A DNA stretch of 63,949 bases, filler included, from Ionaspis alba (Eukaryota): NCBI GenBank assembly GCA_964255285.1. It is 3 parts of 3 records of this genome, joined end to end, with 100 filler letters (N's around TTAATTAATTAA, not from the genome) between each part and the next. Parts side by side here need not be neighbours in the genome. Positions count along the whole stretch, not along the records: positions 45,288 to 63,949 come from CAXUUL010000285.1; 2 more parts are not named here. One strand, 5' to 3'. Numbering within the stretch: position 1 is the stretch's first letter; every line of letters starts with the position of its first letter. Position numbers and translations under genes: made by a program. Under the pieces are notes generated by a model that saw only the letters and a list, made by a program, of their open reading frames with translations, did no database searches and had not been told where the DNA came from. Below, in pieces: positions 45,288 to 57,878 of this stretch.

Positions 45288-48200
45288 CCTTCTTCTTGTC
45301 TTTCTTGCTTTTCTTGGTGTTGAAGGATTCTTCGCCAGCTTCAAGAGAAGATGCCCCATGGGGTTCACGACCTTGAGTCTCGGAAGTATCGATCAGCTCT
45401 CTTTCGACGAGTTCAGCGGAAGTTTCAGGCAGTGGAGATGTCGCGGCCGTCTCAGAATCATCACCCCATTCGATTGCTTGGCCCTTCCTGGCTTTCCTCT
45501 TGTCCTTCTTGTTCATCTTCAAGCTAAAACTCGCAGGTTCCTCAATTGGACTAGGCTCCTGTACTGGCTGGGTATCACGCTTTTCAGATGTAGCACTCTC
45601 TGAAGGTCCATCAGCATCAAAGTTAGTCGTCGTGTAAGGCACTTTAGACGAAACAGCGACTTCAGACTCGTCTGCCAAATCGACAGTCTGCCCCTTCCCT
45701 GCCATTTTCTTGTCCTTCTTGCTCTTCTTCAGATTGTAGACTTCAAAATCGTCAGGCATGGTATCTCCAGAAGGCTCGTTGGCTGCTCGATTTGCTGATT
45801 CTGATGCTCCAGCAAGAGTGTCTGATGTACTTGTGAGGATAGTGGTAGGTACAACGGACGAGGCCGCAGCCAAAGACTCCTCTATGCCATGGGGCTCCTG
45901 CGTGGGCTTCTTTTCGTTCCTAACATCAGCATTCTCGGTATCTGTTGGTGCTATTGCTCCCACTTCGGACATCTCAGTCTCCGGCACCAGAGGTGATTCG
46001 AGGTCCTCAAGGTCCCTTGGGCGTAACTTGCGGGAAATTTCCATTGGTATGGTAGGAGGACCTTCTGTCTCGGCAAGAATAGGAGTCTCTGTAGATTGTT
46101 GGGCAATCTCAGGTTTCCTTACTTCCACGAGTTGTTGAGTTGGTGCATCGCTAGCAGTCTCCACAGGCATGATAGAGGACTCGCTTTCTGGCTCGCCAGC
46201 CCAGTCAACTGCCTTGGCTATCTTGTCTTTCTCCTTGTCTGTCATAGTCTTCTTCGAGAGAATCAGGTCTACGTCATGGGGTTCAGACGAAATCTTCTCA
46301 ATGTCTCGAAGCTTAGACGACGCTGCTTCATCGCCTTCCACGTGGAGGGCACTAGAAACCTCAACAGTGGTCGGCGCTTGCTCCAAGTCGAAGAATTCGT
46401 CAGGCTTATCTTGTGGCAGAGGCGATTTGATGGCTTCTTCCAAGAAGTTAGTGGGCATATTTTCAGCCCATTCTTGCTCTGACGAAAGCACATGCTCTCT
46501 AGTCAACGGTTCATGAGGGACTTCACCAACGTCAACATTAGCGGAATGTCCAGTCTGGATCTCCTCGGCCTCGAATGGGTCATCCTCAGGATCTTGAGGA
46601 AGTGGAGCTCTCAACGCTTCATCTAGAGTTACGGTGTCAAAAGCTGGAGGCTGAGGAACTGTTGATGAAGACACTTCTGGGACATCTAGATCGCGTGATG
46701 CGCGTCCAATTGCTGAGGTTTCTTGTAAGTCACTGACGGTCCTGGACGAGGCCTTGCGTTTGTTCTTCTTGTCCTTCTTTGACTTGGGTATGCTGAACTC
46801 TTCCATTGGCTCGACGTCAAGGACCTCTGGCGTCGTTGTTGAATCCTCCACTGTCGAAGTAGGGGCGGCTTCGACGACTTCGACGTCTTGACTGTCGTCC
46901 AGATTTCGATTGGTCTTCTTGCCCTTCTTTCCTTTCTTTTTCTTGGAGAAAGTCGGAAAGAGTTCATCGTCTTTGTCAGCCACTTCCTTTAAGGATTGAT
47001 CCTTGCTAGGAGGAACGGCTTCCGCGGTAAGCATGCTACGGACTTCGGCAGCGGTATCAGTCAAAGCAAGTGATGATGGAACATCTGTTTTAGACTCTCC
47101 CTTGGCATTTTCTTCCTCATTGTATTTCATCTCCGAGAATTTAGATTTATTTCCTTTCTTGCCCTTCTTTTTCGTGGTAAGACCCCATTCATCGTCCGGG
47201 ATCGTCGACTCGCGAGACTCCTCAGCGATAGGATCTGGCAAAAAGGCTAGTGCGGCTGGCTCGACCGAAGCAGTCGTAGATGATGGATCATCCGAACGTA
47301 GCATCCCCCTGACCTCATCGGCAGTCCCAGTAGTAGCTGCAACTATTTCTTTCGGTGCTGGAGCATGCATATCATGTTGCTGGTCATTTTCCTCCAGAGA
47401 CGCAGTAGGTACTTGTAGGTCTAGCTCTCTAAGGTTGCTGAGATCCATTTCTTTAGTGTCGGCAAAGTCGCGAATGTCAGTAGCACCTTCTAGCCTCGAT
47501 GTGTTGGGAGCCATGGCTGCTTGTAGTAGTGCTACCTGCGTGGTGGTCTTGTCGAGCGTATTCGATGAAATGGCCTCTTGGTGGATAGTCCCATTCTCAG
47601 GAGGTTGCTCCGGGTCTGACACGGAAGTAGCTGACTTATTCGTCGTCGAAGACGGTTCTTCTCCGGTCAGGAGCGGCCAATCTGCAGGGATACCAGGCTG
47701 GCTACGTCGACCTTTCTTCTCCTTCTTTCCTTTCTTGGTAGAAGGAAAAGCAAAGTAGTCATCATCATCCTCTCTCGCAGGAGTGTAAGAAGTATCTGAT
47801 ATATGTCCCTCTCGCGCGTCTTCATGCGCTGAGATTTCAGTGACGGGTGGTTTCTCGAACCTGGGAGTATTATCTAGGGTTGACATAGGCTTGTGCACGA
47901 CTTCGCCGTCTTCTACGGCAGACTGCGAGAGCTCGACCGGTTGGGGAAAGTTGTGCGCAACATATTCTGGTTCACCGGACAGTCCGACTTGGGTCAGATC
48001 TGAAGACCTGCGCTTTTCCTCCTTGGTCTGGGCGGACAAATGCTCGGTTGTTGGTGCTATCAAAGTGTCGAGTGCTGGGGTGGAAGTCTGCTCAGGTGTC
48101 GATGTAGAGTCTAGTACGGGAACTTCGGGCACTGGCTCGAGTAGATCGACATCGTCATCTACTGGTAGTGCAACGTCTTCTGGGGAGAACAAGCTTCTGG

Positions 48201-51200
48201 ACTTGGTCTCTGGTGCACTCTGAATACGTACTTCTGCTGGAGTGTCAATGGACCTGCTAGCTTCCTCTCTGGCTGCTCCGTTAATAGTTGTCTCCGTCGT
48301 CGAAGAAGGTTGAAGATCACGCTCGTCAAGGTCTCGATTCTGATCAGCTACAGGCATGGGAGTCCTCCGGTCTGGACCTCTATAAGAAACCTCTGAGGGA
48401 CCGTGAATCTCTCTATGCACGGTTTCTTCGATAGCAGTATCACTGAACGCGGAAGGATACACTTCAGCTTTGTCCCGACCCTCAGATGGGACAGAAGTAG
48501 GCTTTGGGAAACCCAAGTCGCCGATATCGAATGCGATTCCAGAAGGCTGCGTAGTATCTCGAGTGGGTGTCTCGCTGATAGCGGCACCAGTCAAGCCAGA
48601 CAATTGCACTTCAGGCATTTCCACGCCCGGAGACTGGCCAACAACAACCGTTGGAGTGCTCAGATGTTGTTCCTCTCTCAAACCAGTACCAGCGTCGGGG
48701 ACCTGTCGCGCCGCGCCTTCTTCAGTAGCGATATCCCTCAAAATGGAAGAATCAACCTCAACCTTGTCAGTAATAGGGGATCGATCGCTTACAGTTACTG
48801 CTGTCGTAAGGTCGTGGTGCTCTTGTGGAACGGCGGGCAGGGCATGAATTTCTCGATCCACAGCCTCAGTAGTATCCTCATCTGGGCCATGTACGTCAAG
48901 ATCCCTAGAACGCTCGGCAGCACTGACTGGTGCTTCTTCAAAATCGTCAAATGCGACAACCTTCCGGACCTTTTTGCCCTTCTTCGATTTCTTGGAAGGC
49001 TTCGCATCCTCAAAAGCTGGTAGATCACTTGCTGCGACCTCAGCATCTGGAATGGCGGGTACTGACAAATCATCCGATGGCTGCAGATCTCTGGTAGGCT
49101 GATCTTCGGAAGCAAGAGACTTTTTCTTGCCCTTCTTATTCTTTCTCGTGATGGGAAAGAATCCTTCAGCAGGTTCAGCAGGCTCGTCAGCTGGTGTAGC
49201 TTCAAAATCCCTGGTGTCATCTTCTGTGCCTCGTGGTAAAGCAACGACGTTAGAGACGACTCCGATTTCAGTTGGAACAGTGGCTCCTGGACTGAGCTCT
49301 TTCGATCCTTGCCATTCAGGACCTGAGGAAGGAGCTGAATCCACCGGAGTCGTTGATTCAGACAACGGGATGAAAGCACTCTTCTTGCCCTTCTGTTTCT
49401 TTCCCTTCTTTGATTTGGACCTAGAAGTCGACCATTCATCCTCACCAACTTCTTGGGTAGAAATGGTCTGGTCTTTGGGATAAGCGCTATCGACAACAGT
49501 TCCCGCGATAGCAGCAGCGGCCATGGCGCCCACAAGTTCAGATTCCGACATTCCCTTGGACAGTTGATGCTCAGATTGTTTAGTATCCGAGCCTTGCATA
49601 GCAGAAAGTGGCTTAGAGGTAAGATTATCAGTCGATGCCGTTGAAAGAATTGACGGCAGCTCGTCGATTGGAGCATCAGTTTTGGTCTCCAGCGACGTCG
49701 AAGCTTCCGCATTTTCCGAAGCACTAAGACCACGGCCCTTCTTCTTTGCCTTCTTATCCTTCTTCGTGGACGGTTGGTCGAACCAAGAAGCAATAGCATC
49801 CTGCGTATCCTGCTCCTCGTGCTTGCGTTGTTCCTCCAAGGACAGAGACTGCACCTCATTACTTGGAGTCGAGGGCTCGGAAACAGAAAGTCCCGAAGAT
49901 AACGGTGTCTCAACTCCATCGACAGTGGTCTTGACACCTTTCTTCTGCTTCTTGTCTTTCTTTTTCTTGTCTATTTTGGTTACAAAGAAGTCGGGTTCCT
50001 CGTGGGGCACAACAGCGTCAGACTCGGACTGGTCAACAAAATTGGGCTTGTCAATCAGATCAAGGGACACAAGTTCTTCAGCTACTTCAGCTTGATCCAC
50101 AGCCTTGTGAGGCTCAACCAGCTCTCGCGGTATATCACTCTCGGTCGTCCGTGCCCTGCTTGAGCGACGCTGATGTATAGAGCCCAGAGCGACAGCAGCG
50201 ACACCACCAGCAAGGATGCCACTGGCGATTTCCTTACCTGCTGACGGATCCTCGTGGATATGTGTGTCATCAGAAATTGCAGGCTCTATATCACGATTGA
50301 TATCGAAAGACGCCGCAGTTGGCGTCGCTTGTTGCGAGTCAAGGAGATCCGATCTGTCGGCTGTGTCCTGCTCTAGTGCTGATAGATCTTGCTTGTCAGT
50401 CACTGCATAGTCCGAGTCCTCGGGAGACTGCCTATCGTCCAACCCATGGACTGACGATGCCCGAGAGGTGGAATGGCTCGCTGGAAGGGAAGGATAGTTA
50501 TCTTCCTGCGGCGGTTCTCGCCTGGAGGAATTAACTTGTTCTACCAGCCACAACGGTCGAAACTCAGTCGAAGACTTGAATTCCGTCGAATGCGGCCGTG
50601 GCTGGCGCGAACGAGGAAAAGGCATTGGTGTACCCTGAGAGGCAGTCGAAGGCGTGGAAGGCGATGACCGAGTCAGCCCCATAGATGGAGGTCCTCGAAA
50701 ATGCAACGGGACGGCTGTGGGCGACGAGTTTGTAACGGGATGACTGCCATCGGACATCTGCAGCATTGATAGGCGCCTTCTATGCCCCACTGGCGTTGCC
50801 ATTGGGGAGCCTGGTCTGCTGGTCGTTGAAGCTGGTAGATCGGTGTTACCGCCCAAAGTAGTAGGAGTGGTGGGCCGACGTTCTGGATGAGGGGAAAAAG
50901 CAGTTTCCACTATCCTCGAGCTTACTTCATCGTACATGGCTCTCTCTGCCAAAGCCAGCGATCGCGGGCTTGGTGGCTGGGGTGCTTCGATGTCAGGGGG
51001 CTCGGTTATTTCCTGGCGCACCCCTAAAAAAGACAGAGGCTGATCTTGGGCTTTCGTTCTGATTGTTTGGTCTCCCGGATCATCTTCGTCCAGGTCTCGA
51101 GAGGTCATGGCCACTTCACTTTCTGTGAGATCTCGATCCTTGGGGTTTGTCAGTATATTGGGGAAATGAGAATAGGGTTGACGACCAGGAAATATTGGTG

Positions 51201-54200
51201 GATGTACCTTGGTCGGTAGCTCTTGGGTTCTCCTACCTGACTCTCCATCTATCTTGATATCTTTACGACTTCCTGTCTTTCCATTGCCTAACGAAGATGA
51301 ACCGTTCTCTCCTCCAAGTCCAGCGTCATCAAGGTCAGGAACTGATTCTGACGGCAGGCTGTAAAAGTCGTCCGTGTCGCGGGTAGATTTTCGGCTCTTG
51401 GACTTCTTACCCTTCTTCTTAGGTTCTTCAAAGTCATCGAAAGTGGCTTCCTTAGGACTATCTTTCGATACTTTCGATTCAGGCGAATCTTCTGTAGATT
51501 TACTGAAGATACCAAAGAGACCGCCTTTCTTGTCCTTCTTGCTCTTTCCATTGGTCTCCTTAGCGTCATCGAACTTTGCAGGTGAGGAAGCCACGGAGGC
51601 AGAATCATCGAAATCGACCGTCCCTCGCTTAGACTTCTTCTTGGACTTCTTCGATTGACTGAAGTTGTCAGGGAGCGGAGCCGTCGCAGCATTCGATACG
51701 TTGTCTTCGTCCGGTGATTCGTAGAGCTTACGCTCTTGCTCTCTCTTCGATCGCCTAAATTTCTTTCCTTTCTTGCTCGTAGGGGCAAAGTCATCAACAT
51801 CGTCGTCTGCTAATGGGACATCATGTGCTTTGTCCGCCAGATCAGATTCTGAGATCCGGTTGGCAATCTCTTGGCGTGCTTCTGAAGCATCGAAGAACTC
51901 ATCCTTGTTTCCCATCGACTTAACTGGTGATTCATGGGTAGGAGACTCGGGTTTGATGGTATCGGTCTTGTCATACTTATCCGTTCTCTTCCTGCTCTCG
52001 AGTTCCACGAACCCATCATCAAAGTCACGAGGAATATTCCTAGGAACAGCCTCAATGATTTCAGGTTCTTCCGCATGACCGCCAGCATCAAAATACCTAT
52101 CCTTAGAAGACCCAAGCGGTGAAATACTCAAAGGCACCGGAGTATCATCAATACTCGAACTTCTCATTAATCTTTCCTTCGCGTCCCCATCCTTGCCATT
52201 CGTTTCAGAATCATGCTTATCAAGACCACGAGATGCAACCGGCTTAGTCTCATCCTTCGGTGTAGGTGGAAGCTCTCCTTCCACAAAGCCCCGCTGTGGT
52301 GGGATACCCCCAGGACCCCAGTGTTCGGGACCGAAATCATCGGCGATGTCAAAGACGGTAGGCTGGAATGTCCTCTCATCGTCCGATCCTGGTGGAGAAG
52401 TACGTCTCCTGAAAGACGGGTTATCGATGACAATATTGGGATCGAAGCCGGACTCATGCAGACCGGCAGCTAGGGTGGCCGCAAAGTCCAGATCGTCGCC
52501 AAATTCACCAGGCATGTGTTCCCGAGTGATCTCCTCGACTGGCGAGTCTTGCACTGGTGACCTAGTAGCTTGGCTTTCCTGAGCCTCCTTATCCTCTCCG
52601 AGAACTCCCTTTTCAGCACGGGCTGATTCAATAAATTCTTCTCGATGATCCTCAGGCGTCACAACGTCATATTCTCGAGTTTCGGACTTTCCGAATGTGA
52701 CTTTGCCCTTACTCGGAGCATCGTCCGGCTCATCCTTGGTGAGATCATCCACGGGATGTATGACAGGCGACGCATCTCCCTTGACAGATCCCGCAGTAGA
52801 AGGAGCCTTACTTCCCGGAGGAGTAGGCTTGATTAGTCTAAGAGAAGGCGCATACATCCAAGGAGGTCTTATGTGAGTAGGGTCATAATGCTCGTCCTCG
52901 CCTGGCCGTGGAAGAGTATAGGGAAGTGCCGAAAGATCGCGGAACTCGGCAGGCTCGATCGTAATGATCTGAGGTATGTGAGAGGCGACATCATCATCAT
53001 CGTCCGGGACTGACTTCGACTTGCTGTCATCTGCTGACTTGGATAGGAGCTCGGCAGGAGCAAAGAAAGAAGCGTATTCTTCGTGAGCCGGACTCGGGGT
53101 TCTCCTGACGAGTGCAGCAGCTCGGCGTGCAATTACTGATTCTCGCTGGGCACGAAGGATGTCGTCGGCTTCATCTGCCGAAGGAACCTTTTCAGTGCTC
53201 TCGGACTCATGGTATTCGGGATCTTCGGATTTTCTCCTCTCCTCTTCCTTGCGCTTCTCACGTCGTTCCTCGGATGAAGACGAACGTTCTTTAGTTGCTG
53301 CTGCTGCTCCGATCGCCGCACCCGCTATGCCTGCCAAGGCTGGAGCAGCCCACGAGCTGTCACCCTTGTGCTTCGGATCGACGTCCTCTTGCTTTCTCGA
53401 ACGATCAACTTCCCGCCGAGCCTTGTCTTCAGCTTTCTCCGCTCGTCTCCTAGCTCGCCGTTTCTCCCTCTCAAGGTGTTCCTGTTCCTCAGCCTCTTTC
53501 CGCAAGGCCTTCTCCCTGTGCTCGTGTTCTCTTTCACGTTCCCTGCGGCGATCTTTCTCTTCTTGTTCTCGAGTGAAGTCAAAGCGTACAGAACCAGAGT
53601 CATCACGTGTAGATGACCTCCTCGGCAATTTGGGCTCAATCTCAACAATCTTGGGTGTGGGGGACGAGTCTCGTCTGCGCGTCTTCTTGTCTCTGGTGAT
53701 ATCGCGAGATGCAGTAGATTGTGCTGCATAACCTTCAGGGAATCCACCAGGAATCTCAACGTGCCTTTGATATAGTGGTTGGGATTGCTCGGAGAATACA
53801 GTAGCACCAGTCGGCGCGCTGTACGAATGATATGCTGGTGCCTGGGTAGTGTAGACAGAGGAAGAAACAGGAGCGATAGGCTGAGGGTGCTGGATCGGTA
53901 TTGGAGCCGGTCTGGAAGTCACCAATGGATCATGAGGAGATACCATAGGATTCTGTGCATAGTCATGATGAGGAGAATCGTAAATCGGCATAGGAGGAAC
54001 GTGCTGAAGAGGAGGAAGGTTGCTCGAGCTGCTCACCACGGAATCGTGATGGTAGTCCCTTGACGCCAGAGTAGCACCAGCAGCGACACCCGCAGCAGCA
54101 CCAGCGGCGGCGTAGGGGAAGTGCTCAGTAGGTTTCGGGCTACGCTTCTTTTCCTTCTTGGTTCCCCACCTCCAGCCCCATTTACCTGTACCAGAAGAGT

Positions 54201-57200
54201 CTGAACGCAACGATGATGAGCTTCCTCGTCGATGAACTCCATATGCCAGGGTTGAGTCCACACTGGATTGACCCTCGGATGCAGACTCCCACCCATCTTC
54301 TTCACGACTCCGCGAATGGTTTCGTTTGCCATCGTGCCTTTGGCGAGAGGTGCTATGCTTGTTCTTGACATCCTTGACGGCCACAACATCCGCACGACGC
54401 TTGCCTTTATCGCCTTTTCGAGCCTCAGTTGCAGCAAGCGCAGCCGCAGCGGCGCCAAGACCAAGTACTGCATTTTGAGCATCTTGATGATCCTTGATTC
54501 TCGGTTTAGATGACCTCTTGCCTCTCGACCGATCGGATCCAACACCGAAAGCAAGAGCGCTGTCACTAGACGAAGACGATGAATTCCCGAAGTTGAAGAA
54601 CCCAGTCTTCTGTTTCTTTTTGTGGCTGCTTCGCTTCTTCGTTTCAGGCGGTGGACTGAAGAAGCCTCCAAAGATGCCGGTCTCTTGCTTGGGACTCTGT
54701 CGCCTCATCTCTACATAAGACGACCGGGGCGAGTGGTGCGGCTTGTGCTGGCTTCGCCCATTGTGATCGTCTTTCACGTAGACCACTGAACGTCTTTCTC
54801 GGCTACGAGATCTGCTTCGATGCTTGGACTTCTTGGGTGATTTACTGCGTTTTCGAACAGTCGAAGCTATGACTGAAGAACCAATGGCTGCTCCAATAGC
54901 TGCCTCAGCCAGACCTGACTTCCGGTTCCTTGAACGTGACCGAGATCGGGAACGACGTCTATCGCTGTAGGTGGTCATGCTTGGACCTCCATGATGACCT
55001 TCATGAGAAACCTTCTTATAGATCTTTCCATCGCTCGTGATACCAGTCTCAATGCGATCCCTGGACCGGCTTCGATGTGAGGAATGAATATCCGAAGATT
55101 TCCGCGTCACCCCATGAGAGCCACGACTTTTTCGATCAGGTGATCGACTATGGCGACGTCCCTGTAGAGATGTAGTAGAGTAATTGACACGACCAGATTT
55201 GACACTATAGGTATCGTCGAAGTCACGGTTATCCCCGAAAAGGCTCTTTCCAACTTGTGCCAACCCGTATCCCGCGATACCGGTAGCAAGCCAAGAATTG
55301 TTGTTGTTATTCCTTCGCTTTTCATGATCAGAAGAATAATATCGAGTCTCCTTATCGACTCGGATGCTGCTTCCAAGTCGCTCGTTCGATCTCTTCTTCT
55401 GGTAATGATGTTTGCGTGGAGCGTCTCGGGGTGAAGATCCGGGCGCGAAGCAGTATCGACAGACGCCGATAATCTCGCTGTATTCCTCGAATTGAGCGAC
55501 GCCGTCAGGGTCTCTGAAGAAGTCGACGAATTTGTCTAGAGGGCCGTGGTGTTTGTGCTTGTGGGCCATTGTTGTGGACGAGAATTGCTGGCTCGGTTGA
55601 TGAGGTTGACCCGAATAGGAAATGTCATGAGAAGGAGAGTGATGATTGTGGTAATAGGCAGCTCCTAGTCCAGCGGCGCCTACTGCAGCTGCTGCGTAGA
55701 GTGGTGGGATAGAGGAATGGGAATGGTGCTCACCTGTTTTGCTTGGTCGGTTGTTTTCGGTATACGAACCGTAGTCAGAGGTCGGTTGGGATGGAGCAGG
55801 GTGAGAAAGTGGTGGTCTATGCTCGCTTTGACCGTTGCCAGAATACATGGGATTCACATGCTGTTGATTAGACGATGACGTGTGACTACCAATAGCATAA
55901 CCTGCGGCAGCTCCAGCCACGGCTGAGCCCAATGTCGGTAGAATCGGAGCAGAAGATGAATGATGAGGAGCGGTGGGTGCTATAGAGCCTGTGGAGTAGA
56001 CACTTTGAGGTGGTACAGAAGGCGCAGTATAGAATGAGTTGTTCGTGACGTTAGTCGCGCTCTGATCGTAGTTCACTCCACCCTGAGTCGAAGCACCATA
56101 GGTGAGAGCAGCAACACCCGCCAAAGAAGCAGCACCAGCAGCACTGGGCGACGGGCCGGTATAAGGCGGCTTGGAAGCAGAGTCAGGTTTCGGACTTGGC
56201 TTCGGAGAAGTCGAAGGGGAAGCGAAGCTGGCACCGCTGAAAAATGACGCCGCAGCACCGACTCCTCCCGTCGCACTCGGCTCTGGTGGTCGATTAGCAG
56301 TAGGCGAAGCAGCCATGAGATGAGGCTCTGCGCCGACTATGAGGGACGGCGCTTGAGGTCGTACACCAGGCTGCTGGGCAACTGATTCACCCGCATCGCC
56401 ATAGTAGTCGGCTGCCAGACCAGGACCGCCTTCGTTCACGGCAAGGGGAGGGCGATATGGAGCTGTAGATCCTGTGGGGAATTGTCCTGGGAATTGATCT
56501 GGTACATGGTCTGACATGTGTGTTGGACGAGGCGGTCCACTGCTCGGGCCTGGCATCCCTCCATCATACTGGCCTGGGAACTGCGTAAAGCCAGAAGCTC
56601 CGATCTGAGTATTGAAACTCCCCTCGACCGCACCGCTTATTTCGCCCGCTCTGCTTGCGCCTTGATGTTCACCAAGGCCACTCTCCGATCTGCTCAATCC
56701 GCGGTCCTTCCGTCCTTCTTTCTCCGACCTCCTCTCCCGCTTTTCCTTCTTCTCTCGTTTCTTTCCATCTCTGTCACGACTCCTAGATCGATCTTTCCTA
56801 TCGCTCTTGCGGTCTCTGCTCGTGGAGCGCTCCCGCCTCCGCCCGTTCTTATGTTCCCTATCTCCGACTCTATCCCGGTCGTCGCGCGAGGTCTGAGACT
56901 TGGGCATCTGATCGGCTAGGCTGGCATTCCTGACCAGATCGGGAGGAATGATCGGTTGATCGGCGGTATTGCTCGCCGCTGTCGCGTAGCTGGAAGCAAT
57001 AGATGCGGACGCAGCGCCAGGATATGGGCTTCGTGAAGATGAGGAGTAGCTCGTGGAAGTAGGATTGAAGCCTCGGTCGCGCTCGTCGCTGCGAGATGCT
57101 TTCTGGGTGGTGGCGGAGGATGCAATGGACTCCGGTCGGTTCCGTTTCTGAGACCGCTTGTCGTCGTCAGTCTTGCGCCGAGAGCTTGATGAAGCTGACT

Positions 57201-57243
57201 CGTCTGGTTTTTCGGTGACTTTTCCGAGAACTCGACTCCACAT
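45288..57243 (-). CDS. lah: Lah/leashin Woronin-body tethering protein ('involucrin repeat protein'), C-terminal part missing at contig end
   Basis: About 4000 codons, largely disordered; N-terminal GLAADYYGDAGESVAQQPGVRP, EEYSEIIGVCRYCF, GIAGYGLA, FAATLAAGL, EFRPLWLVE blocks, followed by a long acidic region with recurring poly-lysine (KKxKKxKK) clusters. First ATG at 57243. Confidence 0.85.
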
Positions 57244-57878
57244 GATGCCGAGAGAAAATGTCGGTCGCAAAGGACGTGGATGTACTGGCTAGAGTTGCTT
57301 GGATCTGATTTGTTCGATATGTGATGATCGGCGCGACAACTCACTTAGCTCCGAGAGCTTTGAAATGATTGGAGCCGCTACGAGTCGAGATTGTAGTGCG
57401 TATGTGAATCTAAAGATGAACGCAATGATATTCCGTGAATGTTGCCATATGCTTATGATACAACGATATCTAGAATGATAGTAGGAGCATTTACGAGCGT
57501 TTCTATGCCGGGAGCTGGAGTCGTCGCCGCCGCGATTTACGCATGGGGAGGTTGGAGACGTAGCTCAGCTCGACAGGGATATGCATTTACCGAGCCCTCA
57601 TCCAATGCCCTGAAACTTGCAATATAATGACTGCTGATCAAGACTTTCCAAACCGAAATCATATTCTCATAACATTCCTGCTTCACTATGCATACAATTC
57701 ATCATCAATGACATTGAATCAGACTCAGAGCAATTCTAGCTCTAGATATCTACAGTCTATAGCCCGACCACTTTCAGGGGGTATTCAATCTACCAGCTCT
57801 ATAATCCTCCTATCACGCCAAAGTTCCTTCTTCTGTCCCCATCCCCAAGCTCACACAAGCCACGCCATCTAACCACTC

